A DNA stretch of 64,000 bases from NCBI GenBank assembly GCA_964016885.1, contig OZ024742.1, forward strand, positions 166,966,001-167,030,000, written 5' to 3'. This stretch comes from Eledone cirrhosa (taxonomy: Eukaryota). Below, one piece after another: positions 23,101 through 37,840 of the stretch. Position 1 is the first letter of the stretch. Each line of letters starts with the position of its first letter. Under the pieces are notes generated by a model. That model was given only the letters and a program-made list of their open reading frames with translations. It was not told the DNA's origin and searched no databases. A program made the translations under genes and the position numbers.

Positions 23101-26100
23101 AAAAAAATCAGGGGGAGATAATTTGTAAAAAAAAATCAGGGGGAGATAATTTGTAAAAAAAATCAAGGGGAGATAATTTCCAGCCGTCCAAGGGGAGATA
23201 ATTTTCAGCCGTCCAAGGGGAGATAATTTCCAGCCGTCCAAGGGGAGATAATTTCCATCCTTCCAAGGGGAGATAATTTGTAAAAAAAAATCAGGGGGAG
23301 ATAATTTGTAAAAAAAATCAAGGGGAGATAATTTCCAGCCGTCCAAGGGGAGATAATTTTCAGCCGTCCAAGGGGAGATAATTTCCCGCCAGCCAAGGGA
23401 AGATAATATTTAAAAAAATCAGGCGGAGATAATTTGTAAAAAAAATCAGGGGGAGATAATTTGTAAAAAAATCAGGGGGAGATAATTTGTAAAAAAAAAA
23501 TCAGGGGGAGATAATTTGTAAAAAAAATCAGGGCTAGATAATTTGTAAAAAAAAATCAGGGGTAGATAATTTGTAAAAGAAAATCAGGGGGAGATAATTT
23601 GTAAAAAAAATCAAGGGGAGATAATTTCCAGCCGTCCAAGGAGAGATAATTTTAAAAAAAAATCAGGCGGAGATAATTTGTAAAAAAAAATCAAGGGGAG
23701 ATAATTTGTAAAAAAAAATCAGGGGGAGATAATTTGTAAAAAAAATCAAGGGGAGATAATTTCCAGCCGTCCAAGGGAAGATAATTTCCAGCACTCCAAG
23801 GGGCTATAATTTCCAGTGTCCAAGGGGAGATAATTTCCAGCCAGCGAAGGGGAGATAATTTTTTTAAAAAAATCAGGGGGAGATATGTAAAAAAAATCAG
23901 AGGGAGATAATTTCTAAAAAAAATCAAAGGGAGATAATTTCCAGCCGTCCAAAGAGAGATAATTTCTAGCCGTCCAAGGGGAGATAATTTCCAGCCAAGA
24001 GGATATAATTTCCAGCCGTCCAAGGGGAGATAATTTTTTAAAAAATCAGGTGGAGATAATTTGTAAAAAAAATCAGGGGGAGATAATTTGTAAAAACAAA
24101 ATCAAGGGCAGATAATTTCCAGCTGTCCAAGGGGAGATAATTTCCAGCCGTCCAAGGGGAGATAATTTCCATCCTTCCAAGGGGAGATAATCTCCAGCCG
24201 TCCAAGGGGAGATAATTTCCCGCCAGCCAAGGGAAGATAATTTTTAAAAAAATCAGGCGGAGATTGTAAAAAAAATCAGGGGGAGATAATTTGTAAAAAA
24301 ATCAGGGGGAGATAATTTGTAAAAAAAAAATCAGGGGAGATAATTTGTAAAAAAAAATCAGGGGGAGATAATTTGTAAAAAAAAAATCAGGGGGAGATAA
24401 TTTGTAAAAAAAATCAGGGGTAGATAATTTGTAAAAAAAAATCAGGGGGAGATAATTTGTAAAAAAAAATCAGGGGGAGATAATTTGTAAAAAAATCAAG
24501 GGGAGATAATATGCAGCCGTCCAAGGGGAGATAATATGCAGCCGTCCAAGGGGAGATAATTTCCAGCCGTCCAAGGGGAGATAATTTCCAGCCGTCCAAT
24601 GGGAGATAGTTTTTTAAAAAAAATCAGGCGGAGATAATTTGTAAAAAAAAAATCAGGGGGAGATAATTTGTAAAAAAAAATCAGGGGTAGATAATTTGTA
24701 AAAAAAATCAGGGGGAGATAATTTGTAAAAAAAATCAGGGAGAGATAATTAGTAAAAAAAATCAAGGGGAGATAATTTCCAGCCGTCCAAGGGGAGGTAA
24801 TATCTAGCCGTCCAAGGGGAGATAATTTCCAGCCGTCCAAGGGGAGATAATTTCCAGCCGTCCAAGGGTAGATAATATCCAGCCGTCCAAGTAGACATAT
24901 TTTCCAGCCGTCCAAGGAGAGGTAATTTCTAGCCGTCCAAGGGGAGATAAATTCCAGCCTCCAAGGGGAGATAATTTCCAGCCAGCCAAGGGGAGATAAT
25001 TTGTAAAAAAATCAGGGGGAGATAATTTGTAAAAAAAATCAGGGGGAGATAATTTGTAAAAAAAAATCAGGGGGAGATAATTTGAAAAAAAAAATCAGGG
25101 GGAGATAATTTGTAAAAAAAATCAGGGTGAGATAATTTGTAAAAAAAAATCAGGGGGAGATAATTTGTAAAAAAAAATCAGGGGGAGATAATTTGTAAAA
25201 AAAAATCAGGGGGAGATAATTTGTAAAAAAAATCAAGGGGAGATAATTTCCAGCCGTCCAAGGGGAGATAATTTCCAGCCGTCCAAGGGGAGGTAATATC
25301 TAGCCGTCCAAGGGGAGATAATTTCCAGCCGTCCAAGAGGAGATAATTTCCAGCCGTCCAAGGGTAGATAATATCCAGCCGTCCAAGGAGACATATTTTC
25401 CAGCCGTCCAAGGAGAGGTAATTTCTAGCCGTCCAAGGGGAGATAAATTCCAGCCTCCAAGGGGAGATAATTTCCAGCCAGCCAAGGGGAGATAATTTGT
25501 AAAAAAAATCAGGGGGAGATAATTTGTAAAAAAAATCAGGGGGAGATAATTTGTAAAAAAAAATCAGGGGGAGATAATTTGTAAAAAAAATCAGGGGGAG
25601 ATAATTTGTAAAAAAAAATCAAGGGGAGATAATTTCCAGCCGTCCAAGGGGAGATAATTTTCAGCCGCCCAAGGGGAGATAATTTCCCGCCAGCCAAGGG
25701 AAGATAATATTTAAAAAATCAGGCGGAGATAATTTGTAAAAAAAATCAGGGGGAGATAATTTGTAAAAAAAATCAGGGGGAGATATTTTGTAAAAAAAAA
25801 ATCAGGGGGAGATAATTTGTAAAAAAAATCAGGGGGAGATGATTTGTAAAAAAAATCAGGGGTAGATAATTTGTAAAAAAAAATCAGGGGGAGATAATTT
25901 GTAAAAAAAAATCAGGGGGAGATAATTTGTAAAAAAAATCAAGAGGAGATAATTTCCAGCCGTCGAAGGGAAGATAATTTCCAGCCCTCCAAGGGGCTAT
26001 AATTTCCAGCGTCCAAGGGGAGATAATTTCCAGCCAGCGAAGGGGAGATAATTTTTTTTTAAAAATCATTGGGAGATTTGTAAAAAAAATCAGGGGGAGA

Positions 26101-29100
26101 TAATTTGTAAAAAAAATCAAGGGGAGATAATTTCCAGCCGTCCAAGGGGAGGTAATATCTAGCCATCGAAGGGGAGATAATTTCCAGCCGTCCAAGGGGA
26201 GATAATTTCCAGCCGTCCAAGGGTAGATAATATCCAGCCGTCCAAGTAGACATTTTCCAGCCGTCCAAGGAGAGTTAATTTCTAGCCGTCCAAGGGGAGA
26301 TAAATTCCAGCCTCCAAGGGGAGATAATTTCCAGCCAGCCAAGGGGAGATAATTTGTAAAAAAATCAGGGGGAGATAATTTGTAAAAAAAATCAGGGGGA
26401 GATAATTTGTAAAAAAAAATCAGGGGGAGATAATTTGTAAAAAAAAATCAGGGGGAGATAATTTGTAAAAAAAAATCAGGGGGAGATAATTTGTAAAAAA
26501 AATCAAGGGGAGATAATTTCCAGCCGTCCAAGGGGAGATAATTTTCAGCCGTCCAAGGGGAGATAATTTCCAGCCGTCCAAGGGGAGATAATTTCCATCC
26601 TTCCAAGGGGAGATAATTTGTAAAAAAAAATCAGGGGGAGATAATTTGTAAAAAAAATCAAGGGGAGATAATTTCCAGCCGTCCAAGGGGAGATAATTTT
26701 CAGCCGTCCAAGGGGAGATAATTTCCCGCCAGCCAAGGGAAGATAATATTTAAAAAAATCAGGCGGAGATAATTTGTAAAAAAAATCAGGGGGAGATAAT
26801 TTGTAAAAAAATCAGGGGGAGATAATTTGTAAAAAAAAAATCAGGGGGAGATAATTTGTAAAAAAAATCAGGGCTAGATAATTTGTAAAAAAAAATCAGG
26901 GGTAGATAATTTGTAAAAGAAAATCAGGGGGAGATAATTTGTAAAAAAAAATCAGGGGGAGATAATTTGTAAAAAAAATCAAGGGGAGATAATTTCCAGC
27001 CGTCCAAGGAGAGATAATTTTTTAAAAAAATCAGGCGGAGATAATTTGTAAAAAAAAATCAAGGGGAGATAATAGGTAAAAAAAAATCAGGGGGAGATAA
27101 TTTGTAAAAAAATCAAGGGGAGATAATTTCCAGCCGTCCAAGGGAAGATAATTTCCAGCACTCCAAGGGGCTATAATTTCCAGTGTCCAAGGGGAGATAA
27201 TTTCCAGCCAGCGAAGGGGAGATAATTTTTTTAAAAAAATCAGGGGGAGATATGTAAAAAAAATCAGAGGGAGATAATTTCTAAAAAAAATCAAAGGGAG
27301 ATAATTTCCAGCCGTCCAAAAGAGATAATTTCTAGCCGTCCAAGGGGAGATAATTTCCAGCCAAGGGGAGATAATTTCCAGCCGTCCAAGGGGAGATAAT
27401 TTTTTAAAAAATCAGGTGGAGATAATTTGTAAAAAAAATCAGGGGGAGATAATTTGTAAAAACAAAATCAAGGGCAGATAATTTCCAGCTGTCCAAGGGG
27501 AGATAATTTCCAGCCGTGCAAGGGGAGATAATTTCCAGCCGTCCAAGGGGAGATAATTTCCATCCTTCCATGGGGAGATAATCTCCAGCCGTCCAAGGGG
27601 AGATAATTTCCCGCCAGCCAAGGGAAGATAATTTTTAAAAAAATCAGGCGGAGATTGTAAAAAAAATCAGGGGGAGATAATTTGTACAAAAATCAGGGGG
27701 AGATAATTTGTAAAAAAAAAATCAGGGAAGATAATTTGTAAAAAAAAATCAGGGGGAGATAATTTGTAAAAAAAAAATCAGGGGGAGATAATTTGTAAAA
27801 AAAATCAGGGGTAGATAATTTGTTAAAAAAAATCAGGGGGTGATAATTTGTAAAAAAAAATCAGGGGGAGATAATTTGTAAAAAAATCAAGGGGAGATAA
27901 TATGCAGCCGTCCAAGGGGAGATAATTTTCAGCCGTCCAAGGAGAGGTAATTTCTAGCCGTCCAAGGGGAGATAATTTCCAGCCGTCCAAGGGGAGATAA
28001 TTTCCAGCCGTCCAATGGGATATAGTTTTTTTAAAAAAATCAGGCGGAGATAATTTGTAAAAAAAAAATCAGGCGGAGATAATTTGTAAAAAAAAATCAG
28101 GGGGAGATAATTTGTAAAAAAAATCAGGGGGAGATAATTTGTAAAAAAAATCAGGGGGAGATAATTAGTAAAAAAAATCAAGGGGAGATAATTTCCAGCC
28201 GTCCAAGGGGAGGTAATATCTAGCCGTCCAAGGGGAGATAATTTCCAGCCGTCCAAGGGGAGATAATTTCCAGACGTCCAAGGGTAGATAATATCCAGCC
28301 GTCCAAGTAGACATATTTTCCAGCCGTCCAAGGAGAGGTAATTTCTAGCCGTCCAAGGGGAGATAAATTCCAGCCTCCAAGGGGAGATAATTTCCAGCCA
28401 GCCAAGGGGAGATAATTTGTAAAAAAATCAGGGGGAGATAATTTGTAAAAAAAATCAATTGGAGATAATTTCCAGCCGTCCAAGGAGAGATAATTTAAAA
28501 AAAAAATCAGGCGAAGATAATTTGTAAAAAAAAATCAGGGGGAGATAATTTGTAAAAAAAAATCAGGGGGAGATAATTTGTAAAAAAAATCAAGGGGAGA
28601 TAATTTCCAGCTGTCCAAGGGGAGATAATTTTCAGCCGTCCAAGGGGAGATAATTTCCCGCCAGCCAAGGGAAGATAATATTTAAAAAAATCAGGCGGAG
28701 ATAATTTGTAAAAAAAATCAGGGGGAGATAATTTGTAAAAAAATCAGGGGGAGATAATTTGTAAAAAAAAAATCAGGGGGAGATAATTTGTAAAAAAAAT
28801 CAGGTGGAGATAATTTGTAAAAAAAAATCAGGGGTAGATAATTTGTAAAAAAAAATCAGGGGGAGATAATTTGTAAAAAAAAATCAGGGGGAGATAATTT
28901 GTAAAAAAAATCAATTGGAGATAATTTCCAGCCGTCCAAGGAGAGATAATTTAAAAAAAAATCAGGCGAAGATAATTTGTAAAAAAAAATCAGGGGGAGA
29001 TAATTTGTAAAAAAAAATCAGGGGGAGATAATTTGTAAAAAAAATCAAGGGGAGATAATTTCCAGCCGTCCAAGGGGAGAATTTTCAGCCGTCCAAGGAG

Positions 29101-32100
29101 AGGTAATTTCTAGCCGTCCAAGGGGAGATAATTTCCCGCCATCCAAGGGGAGATAATTTCCAGCCGTCCAAGGGGAGATAATTTAAAAAAAAAATCAGGC
29201 GGATATAATTTGTAAAAAAAATCAAGGGGAGATAATTTGCAGCCGTCCAAGGGGAGATAATTTTCAATCGTCCAAGGAGAGGTAATTTTTAGCCGTCCAA
29301 GGGGAGATAATTTCCAGCCGTCCAAGGGGAGATAATTTCCAGCCGTCCAAGGGGAGATAATTTTTTTAAAAAATCAGGCGGAGATAATTTGTAAAAAAAA
29401 TCAGGGGGAGATAATTTGTAAAAAAAAATCAGGGGGAGATAATTTGTAAAAAAAAATCAGGGGGAGATAATTTGTAAAAAAAATCAAGGAGAGATAATTT
29501 CCAGCCGTCCAAGGGAAGATAATTTCAAGCCCTCCAAGGGGCTATAATTTCCAGTGTCCAAGGGGAGATAATTTCCAGCCAGCGAAGGGGAGATAATTTT
29601 TTTTTAAAAATCAGGGAGATTTGTAAAAAAAATCAGGGGGAGATAATTTGTAAAAAAAATCAAAGGGAGATAATTTCCAGCCGTCCAAAGAGAGATAATT
29701 TCTAGCCGTCCAAGGCGAGATAATTTCGAGCAAGGGGAGATAATTTCCAGCCGTCCAAGGGGAGATATTTTTTTAAAAAATCAGGTGGAGATAATTTGTA
29801 AAAAAAATCAGGTGGAGATAATTTGTAAAAACAAAATCAAGGGCAGATAATTTCCAGCTGTCCAAGGGGAGATAATTTCCAGCCGTGCAAGGGGAGATAA
29901 TTTCCAGCCGTCCAAGGGGAGATAATTTCCATCCTTCCAGGGGGAGATAATTTCCAGCCGTCCAAGGGGAGATAATTTCCCGCCAGCCAAGGGAAGATAA
30001 TTTTTTAAAAAATCAGGCGGAGATTGTAAAAAAAATCAGGGGGAGATAATTTGTAAAAAAATCAGGGGGAGATAATTTGTTAAAAAAATCAAGGGGAGAT
30101 TATTTCCAGCCGTCTAAGGGGAGGTAATATCTAGCCGTCCAAGGGGAGATAATTTCCAGCCGTCCAAGGGGAGATAATTTCCAGCCGTCCAAGGGTAGAT
30201 AATATCCAGCCGTCCAAGGAGACATATTTTCCAGCCGTCCAAGGAGAGATAATTTCTAGCCGTCCAAGGGGAGATAAATTCCAGCCTCCAAGGGGAGATA
30301 ATTTCCAGCCAGCCAAGGGGAGATAATTTGTAAAAAAATCAGGGGGAGATAATTTGTAAAAAAAATCAGGGGGAGATAATTTGTAAAAAAAAAATCAGGG
30401 GGAGATAATTTGTAAAAAAAATCAGGGGGAGATAATTTGTAAAAAAAATCAAGGGGAGATAATTTCCAGCCGTCCAAGGGGAGATAATTTTCAGCCGTCC
30501 AAGGGGAGATAATTTCCCGCCAGCCAAGGGAAGATAATATTTAAAAAATCAGGCGGAGATAATTTGTAAAAAAAATCAGGGGGAGATAATTTGTAAAAAA
30601 ATCAGGGGGAGATAATTTGTAAAAAAAAATCAGGGGGAGATAATTTGTAAAAAAAATCAGGGGTAGATAATTTGTAAAAAAAAATCAGGGGGAGATAATT
30701 TGTAAAAAAAATCAGGGGGAGATAATTTGTAAAAAAAATCAAGGGGAGATAATTTCCAGCCGTCCAAGGAGAGATAATTTAAAAAAAAAATCAGGGGGAG
30801 ATAATTTGTAAAAAAAAATCAAGGGGAGATAATTTGTAAAAAAAAATCAGGGGGAGATAATTTGTAAAAAAAATCAAGGGGAGATAATTTCCAGCCGTCC
30901 AAGGGAAGATAATTTCCAGCACTCCAAGGGGCTATAATTTCCAGTGTCCAAGGGGAGATAATTTCCAGCCAGCGAAGGGGAGATAATTTTTTAAAAAAAA
31001 TCAGGGGGAGATATGTAAAAAAAAATCAGAGGGAGATAATTTGTAAAAAAAATCAAAGGGAGATAATTTCCAGCCGTCCAAAGAGAGATAATTTCTAGTC
31101 GTCCAAGGGGAGATAATTTCCAGCCAAGGGGAGATAATTTCCAGCCGTCCAAGGGGAGATAATTTTTTAAAAAATCAGGTGGAGATAATTTGTAAAAAAA
31201 ATCAGGGGGAGATAATTTGTAAAAACAAAATCAAGGGCAGATAATTTCCAGCTGTCCAAGGGGAGATAATTTCCAGCCGTGCAAGGGGAGATAATTTCCA
31301 GCCGTCCAAGGGGAGATAATTTCCATCCTTCCAAGGGGAGATAATTTCCAGCCGTCCAAGGGGAGATAATTTCCCGCCAGCCAAGGGAAGATAATTTTTT
31401 AAAAAACCAGGCGGAGATTGTAAAAAAAATCAGGGGGAGATAATTTGTAAAAAAATCAGGGGGAGATAATTTGTAAAAAAAAAATCAGGGGAGATAATTT
31501 GTAAAAAAAAATCAGGGGGAGATAATTTGTAAAAAAAAAATCAGGGGGAGATAATTTGTAAAAAAAAATCAGGGGTAGATAATTTGTAAAAAAAAATCAG
31601 GGGGAGATAATTTGTAAAAAAAATCAGGGGGAGATAATTTGTAAAAAAATGAAGGGGAGATAATATGCAGCCGTCCAAGGGGAGATAATTTTCAGCCGTC
31701 CAAGGAGAGGTAATTTCTAGCCGTCCAAGGGGAGATAATTTCCAGCCGTCCAAGGGGAGATAATTTCAAGCCGTCCAAGGGGAGATAGTTTTTTTAAAAA
31801 TCAGGGGGAGATTTGTAAAAAAAATCAGGGGGAGATAATTTGCAAAAAAAATCAAAGGGAGATAATTTCCAGCCGTCCAAAGAGAGATAATTTCTAGCCG
31901 TCCAAGGGGTGATAATTTCGAGCCAAGGGGAGATAATTTCCAGCCGTCCAAGGAGAGATAATTTTTTAAAAAATCAGGTGGAGATAATTTGTAAAAAAAA
32001 TCAGGGGGAGATAATTTGTAAAAACAAAATCAAGGGCAGATAATTTCCAGCTGTCCAAGGGGAGATAATTTCCAGCCGTGCAAGGGGAGATAATTTCCAG

Positions 32101-35100
32101 CCGTCCAAGGGGAGATAATTTCCATCCTTCCAAGGGGAGATAATTTCCAGCCGTCCAAGGGGAGATAATTTCCCGCCAGCCAAGAGAAGATAATTTATTA
32201 AAAAATCAGGCGGAGATTGTAAAAAAAATCAGGGGGAGATAATTTGTAAAAAAATCAGGGGGAGATAATTTGTAAAAAAATCAAGGGGAGATAATTTCCA
32301 GCTGTCCAAGGGGAGGTAATATCTAGCCGTCCAAGGGGAGATAATTTCCAGCCGTCCAAGGGGAGATAATTTCCAGCCGTCCAAGGGTAGATAATATCCA
32401 GCCGTCCAAGGAGACATATTTTCCAGCCGTCCAAGGAGAGGTAATTTCTAGCCGTCCAAGTGGAGATAAATTCCAGCCTCCAAGGGGAGATAATTTCCAG
32501 CCAGCCAAGGGGAGATAATTTGTAAAAAAATCAGGGGGAGATAATTTGTAAAAAAAATCAGGGGGAGATAATTTGTACAAAAAATCAGGGGTAGATAATT
32601 TGTAAAAAAAAATCAGGGGGAGATAATTTGTAAAAAAAATCAAGGGGAGATAATTTGCAGCCGTCCAAGGGGAGATAATTTTCAGCCGTCCAAGGAGAGG
32701 TAATTTCTAGCCGTCCAAGGTGAGATAATATCCAGCCGTCCAAGGGGAGATAATTTCCAGCCGTCCAAGGGGAGATAATTTTTAAAAAAAAACAGGCGGA
32801 GATAATTTGTAAAAAAAAAATCAGGGTGAGATAATTTGTAAAAAAAAATCAGGGGGAGATAATTTGTAAAAAAAAATCAGGGGGAGGTAATTTATAAAAA
32901 AAATCAAGGGGAGATAATTTCCAGCCGTCCAAGGGAAGATAATTTCCAGCCCTCCAAGGGGCTATAATTTCCAGCGTCCAAGGGGAGATAATTTCCAGCC
33001 AGCGAAGGGGAGATAATTTTTTTTTTTTTAAATCAGGGGGACATAATTTGTAAAAAAAATAAGGGGGAGATAATTTGTAAAAAAAATCAAGGGGAGATAA
33101 TTTGTAAAAAAAATCAGGGGGAGATAATTTGTAAAAAAAAATCAGGGGGAGATAATTTGTAAAAAAAAATCAAGGGGAGATAATTTGTAAAAAAAATCAA
33201 GGGGAGATAATTTCCAGCCGTCCAAGGGGAGATAATTTTCAGCCGTCCAAGGGGAGATAATTTCCCGCCAGCCAAGGAAAGATAATATTTAAAAAAATCA
33301 GGCGGAGATAATTTGTAAAAAAAATCAGGGGGAGATAATTTGTAAAAAAATCAGGGGGAGATAATTTGTAAAAAAAAAATCAGGGGGAGATTTGTAAAAA
33401 AAATCAGGGGGAGATAATTTGTAAAAAAAAATCAGGGGTAGATAATTTGTAAAAAAAAATCAGGGGGAGATAATTTGTAAAAAAAAATCAGGGGGAGATA
33501 ATTTGTAAAAAAAATCAATTGGAGATAATTTCCAGCCGTCCAAGGGGAGATAATTTTCAGCCGTCCAAGGAGAGGTAATTTCTAGACGTCCAAGGGGAGA
33601 TAATTTCCAGCCGTCCAAGGGGAGATAATTTCCAGCCGTCCAAGGGTAGATAATATCCAGCCGTCCAAGGAGACATATTTTCCAGCTTTCCAAGGAGAGG
33701 TAATTTCTATCCGTCCAAGGGGAGATAAATTCCAGCCTCCAAGGGGAGATAATTTCCAGCCAGCCAAGGGGAGATAATTTAAAAAAAAAAATCAGGCGGA
33801 GATAATTTGTAAAAAAAATCTAGGGGAGATAATTTGCAGCCGTCCAAGGGGAGATAATTTTCAGCCGTCCAAGGAGAGGTAATTTCTAGACGTCCAAGGG
33901 GAGATAATTTCCAGCCGTCCAATGGGAGATAATTTCCAGCCGTCCAAGGGGAGATAATTTAAAAAAAAAAATCAGGCGGAGATAATTTGTAAAAAAAATC
34001 TAGGGGAGATAATTTGCAGCCGTCCAAGGGGAGATAATTTTCAGTCGTCCAAGGAGAGGTAATTTCTAGCCGTCCAAGGGGAGATAATTTCCAGCCGTCA
34101 AAGGGGAGATAATTTCCAGCCGTCCAAGGGGAGATAATTTTTTTTAAAAAATCAGGGGGAGATAATTTGTAAAAAAAATCAGGGGGAGATAATTTGTAAA
34201 AAAAAATCAGGGGGAGATAATATGTAAAAAAAAATCAGGGGGAGATAATTTGTAAAAAAAATCAAGGAGAGATAATTTCCAGCCGTCCAAGGGAAGATAA
34301 TTTCAAGCCCTCCAAGGGGCTATAATTTCCAGTGTCCAAGGGGAGATAATTTCCAGCCAGCGAAGGGGAGATAATTTTTTTTTAAAAATCAGGGGGAGAT
34401 TTGTAAAAAAAATCAAGGGGAGATAATTTGTAAAAAAAATCAAAGGGAGATAATTTCTAGCCGTCCAAGGGGAGATAATTTCGAGCCAAGGGGAGATAAT
34501 TTCCAGCCGTACAAGGGGAGATAATTTTTTAAAAAATCAGGTGGAGATAATTTGTAAAAAAAAATCAGGGGGAGATAATTTGTAAAAACAAAATCAAGGG
34601 CAGATAATTTCCAGCTGTCCAAGGGGAGATAATTTCCAGCCGTGCAAGGGGAGATAATTTCCAGCCGTCCAAGGGGAGATAATTTCCATCCTTCCAAGGG
34701 GAGATAATTTCCAGCCGTCCAAGGGGAGATAATTTCCCGCCAGCCAAGGGAAGATAATTTTTTACAAAATCAGGCGGAGATTGTAAAAAAAATCAGGGGG
34801 AGATAATTTGTAAAAAAATCAGGGGGAGATAATTTGTAAAAAATTCAAGGGGAGATAATTTCCAGCCGTCCAAGGGGAGGTAATATCTAGCCGTCCAAGG
34901 GGAGATAATTTCCAGCCGTCCAAGGGGAGATAATTTCCAGCCGTCCAAGGGTAGATAATATCCAGCCGTCCAAGGAGACATATTTTCCAGCCGTCCAAGG
35001 AGAGGTAATTTCTAGCCGTCCAAGGGGAGATAAATTCCAGCCTCCAAGGGGAGATAATTTCCAGCCAGCCAAGGGGAGATAATTTGTAAAAAAATCAGGG

Positions 35101-37840
35101 GGAGATAATTTGTAAAAAAAATCAGGGGGAGATAATTTGTAAAAAAAAATCAGGGGGAGATAATTTGTAAAAAAAATCAGGGGGAGATAATTTGTAAAAA
35201 AAATCAAGGGTAGATAATTTCCAGCCGTCCAAGGGGAGATAATTTTCAGCCGTCCAAGGGGAGATAATTTCCCGCCAGCCAAGGGAAGATAATATTTAAA
35301 AAATGAGGCGGAGATAATTTGTAAAAAAAATCAGGGGGAGATAATTTGTAAAAAAATCAGGGGGAGATAATTTGTAAAAAAAAAATCAGGGGGAGATAAT
35401 TTGTAAAAAAAATCAGGGGGAGATTATTTGTAAAAAAAAATCAGGGGTAGATAATTTGTAAAAAAAAATCAGGGGGAGATAATTTGTAAAAAAAATCAAG
35501 GGGAGATAATTTCCAGCCGTCCAAGGGAAGATAATTTCAAGCCCTCCAAGGGGCTATAATTTCCAGTGTCCAAGGGGAGATAATTTCCAGCCAGCGAAGG
35601 GGAGATAATTTTTTTTTAAAAATCAGGGGGAGATTTGTAAAAAAAATCAGGGGGAGATAATTTGTAAAAAAAATCAAAGGGAGATAATTTCCAGCCGTCC
35701 AAAGAGAGATAATTTCTAGCCGTCCAAGGGGAGATAATTTCGAGCCAAGGGGAGATAATTTCCAGCCGTCCAAGGGAGATAATTTTTTAAAAAATCAGGT
35801 GGAGATAATTTGTAAAAAAAATCAGGGGGAGATAATTTGTAAAAACAAAATCAAGGGCAGATAATTTCCAGCTGTCCAAGGGGAGATAATTTCCAGCCGT
35901 GCAAGGGGAGATAATTTCCAGCCGTCCAAGGGGAGATAATTTCCATCCTTCCAAGGGGAGATAATTTCCAGCCGTCCAAGGGGAGATAATTTCCCGCCAG
36001 CCAAGGGAAGATAATTTTTTAAAAAATCAGGCGGAGATTGTAAAAAAAATCAGGGGGAGATAATTTGTAAAAAAATCAGGGGGAGATAATTTGTAAAAAA
36101 ATCAAGGGGAGATAATTTCCAGCTGTCCAAGGGGAGGTAATATCTAGCCGTCCAAGGGGAGATAATTTCCAGCCGTCCAAGGGGAGATAATTTCCAGCCG
36201 TCCAAGGGTAGATAATATCCAGCCGTCCAAGGAGACATATTTTCCAGCCCTCCAAGGAGAGGTAATTTCTAGCCGTCCAAGTGGAGATAAATTCCAGCCT
36301 CCAAGGGGAGATAATTTCCAGCCAGCCAAGGGGAGATAATTTGTAAAAAAATCAGGGGGAGATAATTTGTAAAAAAAAATCAGGGGGAGATAATTTTTAA
36401 AAAAAATCAGGGGGAGATAATTTGTAAAAAAAATCAAGGGGAGATAATTTCCAGCCGTCCAAGGGGAGATAATTTTCAGCCGTCCAAGGGGAGATAATTT
36501 CCCGCCAGCCAAGGGAAGATAATATTTAAAAAATGAGGCGGAGATAATTTGTAAAAAAAATCAGGGGGAGATAATTTGTAAAAAAATCAGGGGGAGATAA
36601 TTTGTAAAAAAAAAATCAGGGGGAGATAATTTGTAAAAAAAATCAGGGGGAGATAATTTGTAAAAAAAAATCAGGGGTAGATAATTTGTAAAAAAAAATC
36701 AGGGGGAGATAATTTGTAAAAAAAATCAGGGGGAGATAATTTGTAAAAAAAATCAAGGGGAGATAATTTCCAGCCGTCCAAGGAGAGATAATTTAAAAAA
36801 AAAATCAGGCGGAGATAATTTGTAAAAAAAAATCAGGGGGAGATAATTTGTAAAAAAAAATCAGGGGGAGATAATTTGTAAAAAAAATCAAGGGGAGATA
36901 ATTTCCAGCCGTCCAAGGGGAGATAATTTTCAGCCGTCCAAGGGGAGATAATTTCCAGCCGTCCAAGGGGAGATAATTTAAAAAAAAAAATCAGGCGGAG
37001 ATAATTTGTAAAAAAAATCAAGGGGAGATAATTTGCAACCGTCCAAGGGGACATAATTTTCAGTCGTCCAAGGGGAGATAATTTTTTTTTAAAAATCAGG
37101 CGGAGATAATTTGTAAAAAAAAAATCAGGGGGAGATAATTTGTAAAAAAAATCAAGGGGAGATAATTTCCAGCCGTCCAAGGGAAGATAATTTCCAGCCC
37201 TCCAAGGGGCTATAATTTCCAGCGTCCAAGGGGAGATAATTCCCAGCCAGCGAAGGGGAGATAATTTTTTTAAAAAAATCATTGGGAGATTTGTAAAAAA
37301 AATCAGGGAGAGATAATTTGTAAAAAAAATCAAGGGGAGATAATTTCCAGCCGTCCAAGGGGAGGTAATATCTAGCCGTCCAAGGGGAGATAATTTCCAG
37401 CCGTCCAAGGGGAGATAATTTCCAGCCGTCCAAGGGTAGATAATATCCAGCCGTCCAAGTAGACATTTTCCAGCCGTCCAAGGAGAGGTAATTTCTAGCC
37501 GTCCAAGGGGAGATAAATTCCAGCCTCCAAGGGGAGATAATTTCCAGCCAGCCAAGGGGAGATAATTTGTAAAAAAATCAGGGGGAGATAATTTGTAAAA
37601 AAATCAGGGGGAGATAATTTGTAAAAAAAAATCAGGGGGAGATAATTTGTAAAAAAAAATCAGGGGGAGATAATTTGTAAAAAAAAATCAGGGGGAGATA
37701 ATTTGTAAAAAAAATCAAGGGGAGATAATTTCCAGCCGTCCAAGGGGAGATAATTTCCATCCTTCCAAGGGGAGATAATTTCCAGCCGTCCAAGGGGAGA
37801 TAATTTCCCGCCAGCCAAGGGAAGATAATTTTTAAAAAAA
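20148..37840 (+). repeat. Higher-order repeat unit II (17,693 bp)
   Basis: ORF-track offsets of 17,693-17,772 hold from ~10.5 kb to ~25.3 kb (11369/29085, 13435/31202, 15692/33460, 19065/36833, 20600/38293, 23691/41413, 24804/42576). Confidence 0.9.
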
